A DNA stretch of 59,149 nt, counting the filler, from Gonapodya sp. JEL0774 (Eukaryota), in NCBI GenBank assembly GCA_027604505.1. It is 9 parts of 9 records of this genome, joined end to end, with 100 filler letters (N's around TTAATTAATTAA, not from the genome) between each part and the next. Parts side by side here need not be neighbours in the genome. Positions count along the whole stretch, not along the records: positions 46,148 to 52,600 come from JADIIX010000590.1; positions 52,701 to 59,149 come from JADIIX010000591.1; 7 more parts are not named here. The stretch is one strand, 5' to 3'. The notes below the pieces were generated by a model that was not told the DNA's origin, searched no databases, and saw nothing but the letters and a program-made list of their open reading frames with translations. This document shows positions 47,857 through 59,149 of this stretch, piece by piece. Every line of letters begins with the position of its first letter. The first letter of the stretch is position 1. A program made the translations under genes and the position numbers.

Positions 47857-48029
47857 TCCGGTAATGAAACCCCCAAATACACGTCAAGGCCGTGAGCAGA
47901 AGTGAGGATCCGCCCAGAAGTGACGGAGGAATTGTAACATATATGCGATGAGGGGGAAGATGACTAACTCGAGTTCGTTCTTGCCACTAGTGGCTGCTCC
48001 AACTGATGGTACGAATGGGCACCCAACCC

Positions 48030-48510
48030 CCAGTCCATCACCACGACTCTTCCTCCCTCAACCCTCCTCAAAACTTACCCTTTCACATCCACGCTCTTAA
48101 AAGCACCGTGTTCCGACAACGCCTGCGGTGATTGAGAGAAAACCTTAACTTTCCATCAGCCGTACCATATCGATCCATCACTGCAACTTCCTCAAAATAG
48201 ACCCCATGCCCCTCCAATTCGTGGGTCGTGCTCAGTGACCACCACATCTCTTTCGCCACACTCGCGTCAGAACGGAAAGCACGGGATGAGAATCGCCAGC
48301 ACAATTTCGTAGCGAGGGTGATGTGGGATCTGAAAGTGACCGTAAAAGGTGGGATTGCCGACGCCGATAGAAGTCGAGGTGCGGACAACAGAAAAGCCAA
48401 AGGGTTCCCCTCGACAGCGGCAAAAAGTACCGGTCTGAGTGGGTTAGCGGTTATTGGAGGGAGAAAGCTGATGTGGGACGTTACGGATGGGGAAGAAACG
48501 TACATACGTT
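48030..48510 (-). pseudogene. Possible decayed 3' fragment of a lineage-specific gene
   Basis: Protein-like frame ending VLLRAWM*KGKF*GGLREE, loosely similar to the C-terminus of the 28404 family. Confidence 0.2.
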
Positions 48511-49184
48511 GATCGAATGAGGGAATGAAGGAGGAGGATAAGCTCGGTGAGGAGGTAAAAGATACAGAGAATGGATGAACTAAAGTTGATTTCTCCTCCC
48601 TTGTGTACGATGGGCAGGGAGAACTTAAATCGGCTGGTGACACAGTCATTGGGTGATGTGCACCAAGAGATGGAGGGAAAATCTGTTTCTACAGGTTTGG
48701 TTACATTTGTAAGTTCAGATCTACGCGTGAATTGCAAAGATACATAAATATTAAATATGTCTGTTTCGTGAGGGTTCCGATCGGGTCCCACATTTTCGAT
48801 CTGCAGGTGTCCATCCAAACAAACACACAAGCTAAAAAGACACGACTTCCGAGTACAAATTGGTGGAACGCGGGCTCACGGCATCCAAGCTAACGAACTC
48901 AAACTTTCTGCGTGCCGGAATAACCAAGGAAGGCTGACGGAATGCGTGGAGTCGTGGGCTCAATAACTGATTGTCCTGGTACTTGTAAATGCGCATGCTG
49001 CGATGGCAAGAGGAGGGTCAATTGAAGGGCAAGGGAGAAAAAAAAAATTTGTATTTGATGTTGTCATAATATATTTGCAGTATCTTTATATATCTCAGGT
49101 ACAAGTATCAAACCTCTTCATATACGCTATATCCGGTTTCAAAGACATCCGTTTTCCCAGTCTCGATTCCTCGATCAACATACG

Positions 49185-52100
49185 ATGACAAGTTCTGTCA
49201 AGCGACCGTTGCTGGACCCATCACGACAAAGCTGGGAATCAACCAGCCCACTAATCAAATCCCAAATCTCGGAGAATGTTGGCAATCTCGGTGAGTTTGC
49301 GGTTGTGGTCAGCATTATCGCTCTATAAAATGTTCTTTATTTTGATATATGAATCTTTGCCATCTCAGAAAGGGATGAGGGTAGGGGTTCGTTTCTCGAC
49401 CATCTGCAACGAGTCGCTGTCGAAAACGGGTACAGAAAGAGACAGGTGACACTCATATGGCGTGACTTACGCGTTGAAGGAAACAGAGCAATGACTGAAG
49501 AAGGAATATCGACATTTGGCACTGTTGGTATATTGTTGTTCCCTTCGGTCCCCCCAACACGTTGAGGCATTCAGAAACGCGGGCGCATTATTTTAGGCCT
49601 TCCTCGCCTTTTTGAAGCTTCCACTCGCTCCCATCTTCTTTCTCCTCTCCAGACTCCAAAAACCTTCTGGAGCGAATGCCTCGACTACGCTGCTTCATCA
49701 AACTTCCGGTTTTGTCCGACCAGGAGAGATGCTTCTAGGTGAGCTTTTTCGACGTGTGAACGTTGACTCTCTTGACTACTACCAAGGCGACTGTCTAGTG
49801 CTTGGAAAGCCAGATTCGGGAGCGCGCCCGCTGGCACGAGTCCTTGGCAAAACGTCCGAGAGAGTCGAGAAGCTGTACAGCAAGGTGGATGGGGAAGTGA
49901 CGATCAATGGGCTCTCCAGCAGCGAGTTCAAGGTTCGTGGATGAAATTCCTTGAGCTCCTCGGGATCGTCTCACCTACTCATCCCTGGCTCGTCCCCACA
50001 CCCTTCCTCAATCTCTTCCCACTCCCTCATTACCGGCTCTTCCCCTGAACCTTTCCCAATTTCGTCTCACCTACTAATTACATCGTAGAAACGGTACCAA
50101 AATGAAGTGATCTACAGTGGTGGTAAGAGTGATCTTTGGCTAAAGACTACACGCGCACTACGTCCATGAGCAAAGTGTTCTCTCCATTCCTCCAGATAGC
50201 GACGTCCACCTTGCGGCCCTTACCGTCCGTCAAATTATCTCTGCAGCCCTCTCATTCAAAATCGGTCTTACGACCTCATATAACGGCGTGAACGCCGTGA
50301 GGTCCGAGTTCTTGACTTATTTGGAGAATTTGCTTGGTCTCAGAGTGGCTATGGACACGGTCGTGGGGAACCAACTTGTAAGGGGAGTGAGTGGAGGTGA
50401 GAAAAAACGATTATCAGGTGAGGACACATTACCTTTGAAATTACGTGAATTGTCAATGACAAACTCATGAGTAACTTCTGTTAATCAGTTGCGGAGCAGA
50501 TGTCAGCGTCTGCAATGCTCAACATTTGGGATCAAACAACGAAGGGGCTGGATGCAACACACGCACTTCAAATTATGAAAGGTATACGACTTGCTTCAAC
50601 TACTCTCAGTCAAACAACTATAGTTCACAGTAAGTTTCCCCGATTCACGAACTCGCCATACTCCTCTTGGAACTCCAAGCATCCTTTTCTCTATCAAAGT
50701 CAGTCAAACCAGTGATTCTATATTCCAACTCTTTGATCGTGTACTTCTGCTCGCCCAAGGCCGGACTATCTACATAGGGCCCGCATCCAGAGCACAAGCC
50801 TACTTTCAAGAACTTGGGCTTCGCATGCTCCCCAGACAAAGCGTACCAGATTTTTTAAACTCGGTCACCGAGCTGAAAGAACGGGTGCTTGCAGAGGGTG
50901 TCAATCCTGCTACAGTGCCGTCCTCGCCGGTAGAGTTTGAAAAGGCGTGGCTTGCATCTCAGGTATGTTGTAGAATGGGCACTTCGGCTGGGATTGATAC
51001 CGCCTCTGAGGTGTTTCATCTTTCAAGGATTATCGCTCTATGTTGAGAGAACTCGACTCCGTGCAGAACACAATGGACTCCGAGGACGTTCTTGAAACCT
51101 TTCAAGTTGCCGAGACGGCATATCGTCGTGAATATTTCAGCTCAAACGTCACTTCAGTGTTTTCAAGGACGTCGTGGGAGCAGTTCACAACATCCCTAGC
51201 ACGTGAATTCAACCTCATGAGAGGACAGCGAGCACTTGTCATAGGGCAACTAGTCTTTCTCGTTATAATTGGCGTCTGCATGGGTACAATGAACCTCAAA
51301 ATGCCGTTGACAGCTTTGGGAGCGTTTTCCCGGGGGGGAATAATTTACTTTAGTTTGCTGATCAACGCCGCGCAGACCCAAGCTGAAATGCCACGGCTTG
51401 TGACAGAGAGGTCTTACATATATAAGCACAAAGAGTGGACATTCTACCACGCGGGTCTACGATATGTGAGTGCTGCCGCTAGAGAAAGAAGCAGGAATCA
51501 ACTTCTCACACTTTTTGCAGATGGCTTATGTGGTCGCAGACATTCCCGTTCGAATAGCATCGACCGCTTGTTACTCGGTGGTTTACTGGACGGCCGGCTT
51601 GAACCCCGACCCTTCTAGATTCCTCACATTCATGTTGCTGATATTTTTTGCGGGATTTTCTTATTCATCTTTCAGCCGGTAAGACTAAGTAACTTGGAAT
51701 TCTATGTTGATATTCAATGACTTGCTGTTTGCCAAAGGTTCCTCGCAGCTGTTTCACCCAGCCCCATCGTTGCGACTCAACTTAGTGCTTTCTGGATTGT
51801 TCCAAATTTTATTTATTCGGGTTATATGATTCCATACCGTGATGTAAAACCATGGCTCAAGTGGTAGGTACATTCTCGTAGGCCGTGGCTGATTCAATGA
51901 AGTGATGAAGACCTTGATGCTTTCCTAAGGATTGTGTGGATCTCGCCGCTGAGCTATTCATTTCGAGGTATACGCTTCTGGTCACTATTTGATGAGGAGG
52001 AGTTTTAATGTTATTGAACGATAGCTTTGATGGCGAACGAATTCCGAGGACTTTCCTTTGAATGCACTGGTGCATACGTTGTCCCGCCATTTCCGGAAGT

Positions 52101-52600
52101 CCCGAACACATACAAAACCTGCAATATGCAAGGTTCCAAAGCCGGGAGCATGGTTGTAGATGGGAGTGACTACATCCAGAGCGCTTATGGATTTGACACG
52201 TCCTCTGGCACGGTGTGGTGGAATTTTGGTGCTGTAGTAGGACTTTGGTTTGTGTTTCTTTTTCTTTCGGTAAGTACCAGTTTCATCGTTTCTTTCGACG
52301 ATAAACTTTGGTCGAGCCAGTCTTTGCTATCGATACCGCAGGCTGTAGTTTCTGAGTTTGCTGAGTTCGGCGGCGGTGAGTGTTGAACCGGAAATGAACT
52401 GTCTTTGCAGCAATCTGATCATTGCGATCTGGCACAGATGGCGTCAATCGTATGATATTTCAACGGAAATCGCTCTCACATGGCAAGGCCTCCAGCGTGA
52501 TCTCCACCGAGAGCAAGAGGTCAGTTGACGACCTCTCCAGACAATCAACTCTCACAATGCCATCCAGTCTCAACTTGACATGGAGGAACTTGAACTACTG
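49185..52600 (+). CDS. PDR/ABCG transporter, N-terminal half (NBD1 plus TMD1), 3'-truncated; tandem with the upstream copy
   Basis: GFVRPGEMLL|VLGKPDSG, DTVVGNQLVRGVSGGEKKRLS, WDQTTKGLD, PDFLNSVT, AFSRGG, MANEF, WWNFG. Confidence 0.93.
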
Positions 52601-52700
52601 NNNNNNNNNNNNNNNNNNNNNNNNNNNNNNNNNNNNNNNNNNNNTTAATTAATTAANNNNNNNNNNNNNNNNNNNNNNNNNNNNNNNNNNNNNNNNNNNN

Positions 52701-54135
52701 CAGATTGGTTCAGGAGGGAGGAGGTCATGCTCGCGTTTAGGAACAAAGCGATTCCCCTGTGAGCATCCGAGCGGAGACACTGGAACGGCGTTTCTCCTCG
52801 ATAAGCTCTGAAACGCTCTTGCCAATAATTCCATGATCCTTTTCATGTGGACGTTGTATGGACCAGGGAAGGACTACGATATGATGTGACTCCGACTGGA
52901 ATGCATTACGTTCTTTCCCACTACGATACACCCTTCGTACCCCTCGATATCAAAGATGAAGACTATCGCATTCGCGTGGCTAGACTGAACAATGATCGGA
53001 CATCGAAATTCGGAGATTCAGCCTCGGCAACCGATGGTTTCGAAGTCTCGCTGACGGAGATAAAATTGTTGCCGAAGAAGACCATGCACGTCACCATGGA
53101 ATGCGCAGGTAGTGGTGAGTGGATTGGCCTCTTTCCTTTCCCACGCGGACCCGAAAGAAATCGCCCATGGCCTGTCGACAGGCCGGGCTGTCCGGGTCCC
53201 TTCTCGATGGCCCAGCCAGCCTTGGTACCACACAGCCGTATCATCGTCACAATGGACTGGTTGTACGCTCTCCTCTTTCATCGAGTCTCTGTGCGGGGGT
53301 CTTCCAGACGGGTGCGTTGACATTTGTTTCATGGGTATGGACGGAGGGTGGGACAAGGGTCACCACGAGCATGGTTTCGAGAGGGCGCTTTCTAAACAGG
53401 TTGTAGAAATGCTCGGTGGTGATATTTTACTGGCATGGGAGCACAAGTGAGTTGTTAGCTTAATTACCCCCTGCCGTTGAGTGCTCGCCCTCTTCTACAT
53501 ACTGTGAATCAATAAATTCTCCGCTCAGTGGCATGCCCCTCCAACCCCAACATGGATTTCCCCTTCGCCTTATCGTCCCTGGCTGGTACGGTATGGCTTC
53601 TGTCAAATGGCTCCGGCAAGTCGCATTCCTGCCCCACACTTTTACGGGCGTCCAACACACCAAAGCGTACCGATATCGGTCATCAATATCCGATTCCGGT
53701 GTACCTGCGACTCATATGAAGGTGAAAAGTCTCATGGTTCCGCCGGGTGAGCCGGACTGGTGGTCAGGGGATAGACTTGTGGATAGGAGCACGTTCCCTT
53801 CCGGGGAGATCGACAGTGGGGTCAAGATTGCTGGCAGAGCATGGTCCGGTGCCGGCGTACCGATATCAAACGTCGAGCTTGGTGTACGCTCCAGATCGTC
53901 CTCAAGCAGCGCATCGTACATATGGGAGCAATGTACTCTCATTCCACCGCCCCTGCCGTCTCCGTACTCGTGGTGCCGGTGGGAGTTTCTGTGGAAGCCA
54001 GGCTCTGCAGGTGACTATTTGCTTGCGTGTCGGGCGACGGACGCGAACTGGAAGACGCAGCCACTGGAACCGGAGTTTGACGTGGGAGGGTTCGGAAACA
54101 ATGCGGTACAGGAGGTTGCGGTGACGGTGAGGTAG
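52701..54135 (+). CDS. Sulfite oxidase-family molybdopterin oxidoreductase of bacterial-like type, 5'-truncated; introns 52759-52866, 53115-53181, 53447-53528
   Basis: TMECAGSGR, QWTG, HNGMPLQPQHGFPLRLIVPGWYGMASVKWL, GRAWSG, W.RW, CRATD...TQP. Confidence 0.9.
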
Positions 54136-54362
54136 GAACAAGCTCAAAAACGGTGACGGGCTGCGTTCCGTGTGGGGAGAGGCCCGACAATAGTGCTGAC
54201 CTCCAAGTTAGTGGGGCAGGAATTCATATTATAGCACACTTACTCATGGTTGCTAAATCGGATTGAGTTTATTGTTTTGTATTTATTGACTGCAACAGCA
54301 GGTGACGCATATGTTCATCTGATGTTGGGAAGTCGGCTCGATCGAGTACATACTCTCTACAA

Positions 54363-57300
54363 ATGCCAGTTGACGAAGTTTACTCGCGCTTCGCACCGCC
54401 ATCAAAGAAATTAAGGTGGAAAAAGACACAGTCCGACGGCAACGACAACGGAGCAGCGGGGACTAGCAGCGGTAATGGTGTGGACTTGAAATGGACAGGA
54501 GCTGAAGAAACATCACTGCTGTCGCTGGGGGTTTCTCGAAAAGCTTTGAAAGACGATGACGGCTCAAAAGGGAAGCAAGACAATCACCGTTCGAGTGGCA
54601 AGAAGCACAAACGGGACCGGCGGGGAGGGTCTTCTGCGGACGACCGTGATTCTGATCGGGAACGTAGCGAGAAGCATTCAAAGCATCGGAAACGGGAAAA
54701 TAAGCATAGAGAATCGCGTGACAAGAAGAAGAGTGAACGTGACAATGGTTCAGACAGCGGTGAAATGGATGTGGATTCCCTCTGGGTGGTGAAGGGTGAC
54801 GAAGTGGAGGATGAAAACGGACATACGTCGTCCCCAAAGACGTCACTGGAACCGAAACCCAAACGTGAAGATTGGATGCTCGCGCCGCCTACCCCGTCCG
54901 AGGCACCTCACATTCTCCTACCTGACACCGATCAGGGGGGTCTAAAGCGCAGCACCGATTCGACGACCTCAGAAGGCCCTAAAATTGTAAGACTTGGTCA
55001 TGACCCCAACGCTTCCCACGGTGCGAGCCCCTCGCAACCACCCGCTAAGCCCAAGGAGATTGAGTTTGGAGATGCGGGGTCGGGATGGCGAATGATGAAG
55101 CTGAGGAAGTGCTACGAAATTGCGGAGGAGGAAGGTAAAGACGTTAGAGAGGTAGCACTGAGTCGCTATGGTGTGAGTGATGATTTGCTTTTATGTGTCT
55201 CGTGCTCCAAACTCATTACTGTGGGCTCCGTATTACACATTCCCCACTGATTTTTCCGTGATCCATGCAGTCCGAGGCAGCCTTTCAGCAAGCACTCGAT
55301 GAACGCGCTTTCCTCGAGAAACATCCTAAAGCCGGTATGCAGTTCTCAAACTCCGACTTCGGTGGTGGACGGCAAGGGCACGTTCCACGTGATCGTGACA
55401 GGGAATGGGCCTCTCGTCCACAAAGCACATCATTTGGCTCATTTTCGGGAGGTCGTGAGAAGTTCAAAAGACCTGATGACCATAGAGAGACTGAGAGGCG
55501 GATATTAAGGGAAGACGGAGATCGGTATGGGCAAGGCAGACGTGACGTGGATGATGCAACACCTCGCAGTACAACAAACACTTCCGCGGGTGCTTCCTCC
55601 AATCCCGCGAACGGTGTTTCCAATCGCTCGGGCCTGTCCTCTTCCGGGAACATCTCTGGTGTCACACGTGCTGTGGAGCGGCCAGCTCCTGCGAAGCCGG
55701 TTTGGCCCCCTCCTGGTCTCGGTCATCTTCTCTCAAAGCCGTCTCCTCCTTTATCCTCATCCGCGTCTGTCTCTGCCCCACCATCCATCCCTCTTGCGCT
55801 CCAACGCAGCCCTGCGCCCGCATCCGGAACTAGCATCCCCATTCTGTCCACAGCCGACCTCAACAAACTCTCTTCCCGTGTCCTTCGAGCAAAACTTTCC
55901 AAAGACCCCACGTATCCCGAGTTGCAAGCCCAGCTTGATCGGGAACGGGCGAGAGCTGCGGAAGCGCCTCAACAAAATCCAGAAGTGGTCGTCATATCCC
56001 CTTACGATCCGAAAAGCGGTGCCCTCCGTGACATTGGTCGCGCCTCCACTCCAGATGTCACTTCTCGCAACCACCACAACCGTCCGAGATCGCTACACAA
56101 GCCTGAAACCGCCTCGGCGACTTTGGGTGACGACGAATCAATCACACAAATGGCCCTTCGAGAACGGATGGCGCGAGATGTTCAAGATGATGGTTACGAC
56201 TCGGCGCTATTTGGCACTATTGCTGGGGACAAAGGGTGGAAGGATACGGTCGAGCATTTGGAAGATGAGGTCGATAAGGTGGCGGAAGATGCGCTGCAGG
56301 GAGTAAATCGAGTTGAAAGGGAAAGAACAGACGAACAAAAGCGAAGGAGAGCAGTGCAGGGTGAGTTGTGTGTTGGTGACATCAACCCCAATGACCACCA
56401 GCGACGTCACAGTCGTCGCACCTTCTCATACCTATTTGTACTCTTCAGATCACCTCCGCCACGACCAAGCTCTCGCGAAGTGCCTATATTGCCCTCCACC
56501 CGATTCAACTTCAAATACATCCCCACTTCGCGTTCCCGTCATTGCAGAATGTGGGTCATGTGTCTTGGCGCTGTCTGGTAACGCAGAAATTGCGCCTGGT
56601 CAGTGTTTGATCGTACCAAGAGAGCATGTGAGGAGCTGTTTGGAGATGGAAGAAGGTGGTTGGGAGGAAGTTAGAGTGAGTCAAACTCTCACGACTTAAA
56701 ACACCAATCAAATATTTACCACTATCGGCTTTCGGCACCGCCTCTTCCAAGAACTTTATGAAGTCTCTGATCCGCATGTTCTCTCAACACAATCTCTCCG
56801 TTGTCTTCACTGAGACGGTGATTCAGCTCCGCCGCAACAAGCACACTGTGATCGAGTGCTTCCCCATTCCCACTGATCTGGGCGTCGCGCGTGCGCATTT
56901 CCAAGAAGGAATATTGCAGGCCGAAGGGGAATGGCAGCAACATAAAAAGCTCATCGAGACGGGTCCGAGGGGTTTCAGGCGGAGCATGGTGAAGGTATGT
57001 TGTTTAGAGAGAGTTTGCAAAGAGGCCCGCGGATGGCCTGGGTTGATAATTCACGTGACCACCTACTTGTAACATTTCATTGTGAAGAATCTACCCTACT
57101 TCCATGTTTGGTTTGATCCAACGAACGGTTATGGCCACGTTATTGAAGACCCGGAGTCATTCCCGCAGTATTTCGGCAAGGTTTGTATTCACAAACTCTG
57201 GAATTATTTGATACGCTTATATTTTTTTCTCATAGCTCGTTCAACGTCATTTCAGGAAATCCTTGCAGGCGTTTTGGAACTCACACCAGATCAGTACCGT

Positions 57301-57426
57301 CGACCACGGCGGCTCGACATGAACCCGCAGATCAACGATAGACGGACGCGGGAATGGAAGAAGAAGTGGAGCTGGGATAATTTTGACTGGACGAGAGAGC
57401 TGCAGGCAGCTGATGGCGGCAATTGA
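54363..57426 (+). CDS. CWF19: Spliceosomal CwfJ-domain protein (CWF19L2-like)
   Basis: FGDAGSGWRMMKL, CLYC, CLIVPREH, EVR|NFMKSLIRMF, HTVIECFPIP, EWQQHKKLI, LPYFHVWF, GYGHVIED, FDWT. Confidence 0.92.
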
Positions 57427-57430
57427 TGGG

Positions 57431-57529
57431 NNNNNNNNNNNNNNNNNNNNNNNNNNNNNNNNNNNNNNNNNNNNNNNNNNNNNNNNNNNNNNNNNNNNNN
57501 NNNNNNNNNNNNNNNNNNNNNNNNNNNNN
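57431..57529. other. Scaffold gap (Ns without linker)
   Basis: N run lacking TTAATTAATTAA. Confidence 0.9.
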
Positions 57530-58068
57530 CCATGTAGTTATTCATGTATCATTACAAAGTTTCAGTACGTCCGTCGTCCCGCTAGTTGTCTCTTGTGTGT
57601 AACAAAGAATCGATCCACTTTCGGGGACCCTTGGATATTCGGTTGTACACATTTCAACAGCCTCAACAACCCTCCTTCAGTTTCTCTGGCACTGACGTAA
57701 AATATGTTGTTCCCGGCACGACATCAGTGCCATTTTGGGACACAGGTATTACCTGAATCCCAGTGCCAAAAAACCTGGGGTTGGATGATCTTGGCAAAAA
57801 AATGCGTTTCTTCCGTGTGTGCATTCTATCGCCAGCAGTAGGGATAAAGCGAACTATCGGATATCAATATATACAGTACTTTTGTTTATTTTACGGCGCT
57901 AAATCATATCAACGTGACTTACATTGACACACGTGGCACTCACGGCAGGTTTTTGATCAGTGATAGAAAGGTTTGAGGGCGTTATGTAAAACCTCAAGCA
58001 CAGTCAGATTGCCACGATAAGAAGTTCACACATACAAACCCTCCCATCAGCGAAAACGATCAGTCTCG

Positions 58069-58804
58069 ATGCCGATCACTCTTCCTGATGAAAAGACCAT
58101 GAGACCGCGGGTTCCTCTACCAGCGATACGGTCCAAGGCGGCTTGCGACAAAGTCGCGGCGATGTCTCTCGCCAAAATCAAGAGCGTCGGACTGGGCAGC
58201 AAATATGGAATGACGGATGTGAAATTGCTGAAAGAGGCCTACACAGAAGACTCCGTCGCGTACTTTCACGGACATTGGAAGAAGTTGGTGTTCATTGTCA
58301 CTCGTCCCTGCACGCCACGTTGGAAAGGACATTGTTAATACCTCCACCCTCTAAATGCAGCCTTGGGAGACTTCCAAGATCTGCCATTGAATTCTGGAAG
58401 ACGCTGCATCTTCTTCTTGAAATAGGAGATCACGTGAGTGTTCGCATGCGTACAGAGCTCTACAGGCCCTCCAAAGTCAACAAGACGACACGTCTACTTT
58501 GTAGAATTTGATCACATTCCGCAAATCACGGCTGATCGTCTACAACAACGGCACGTGCTTTCAAACTTCCCGGCATATCATCGCCCCGAAAGGCTTTCCC
58601 ACGTGGGAAGGCGACTTCCTCATCCGCACGAAGTTCGACCACCAGGGAAAGGTGTACGATTCTGCCGTGTTCGCCGAGCGAATGGCAGATCTTGATGTCC
58701 TGACTGGTCATCTCTTGGAGCAGCCTGGAGTTGAGGAAGCGCTGCTGAAGCACGGGATTCAGCTGCGAGACGTTCACTTCAAAACCCTTTTGAGGTTATT
58801 ATAA
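58069..58804 (+). CDS. Hypothetical protein, 3 exons, possibly NTF2/SnoaL-like fold
   Basis: Phase-consistent splicing gives DVKLLKEAYTEDSVAYF..AIEFWKTL..ITFRKSRLIVY..WEGDFLIRTKFDHQGKV. Confidence 0.5.
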
Positions 58805-59149
58805 GTTGGCAGGTTCTGTTTCCGAGTTCGATGGCATATAGGGAGTGCACAAGCATCATATGTAATTTTCTGTACATACAGTTGGGGGTTCAATGCATGA
58901 TCGCGTTGGTCAGCAATAATACGGCAGTGTCATGGCGCACTACCCGGGTCGGCAAACTCAAATATAGGTTCATGTAATGGAATGGAACAAGACGTTCAGT
59001 TGTTTCTCTTTTGATGCGTGTCTGAGAGGTGTTCCGGCTGAAAGAATAGCCGAGAAATGGTGGCCGACCGTGCCTTCAATTGCAGACCCATTTCGACTTA
59101 GTTGCATCAGAGACTTGCTCAGATCAATGACCACACCAATCCCTGTCAT

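Noticed and set aside
57687..57732. 12-bp imperfect inverted repeat (TGGCACTGACGT / ACATCAGTGCCA)
   Set aside because: Too short to support a TE or ncRNA call.

Overview
Eukaryotic, intron-rich genomic DNA, most likely from an early-diverging zoosporic fungus (a Gonapodya/chytrid-like organism, inferred from gene content such as lysyl oxidase, a class IV sirtuin, a PHD-SRA protein and a copper-fist TF). The window is not contiguous. It is nine unrelated ~6.45-6.52 kb contigs sorted by decreasing length and joined by artificial N-TTAATTAATTAA-N linkers, so linkage is meaningful only within a contig. Recognisable genes: a 57-aa three-exon metallothionein absent from the ORF track, Argonaute (partial), a class IV sirtuin next to a UHRF1-like PHD-SRA gene and NPY1, RPS26, two head-to-head p24/EMP24 paralogs, F-box-like genes and pseudogenes, a copper-fist TF, a P5 ATPase, GPI13, a secreted lysyl oxidase, ALG8, an SH3 protein, two tandem PDR ABC transporters, a bacterial-type sulfite oxidase with spliceosomal introns, and CWF19. 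A complete ~1 kb non-autonomous TA-flanked transposon is also present. The most intriguing items are the SRA domain with a remodelled base-binding pocket tightly linked to an unusual sirtuin, the internally duplicated metallothionein, the fungal lysyl oxidase, the probable HGT sulfite oxidase, and a candidate poison exon in RPS26. All gene models were spliced by eye and no searches were run.
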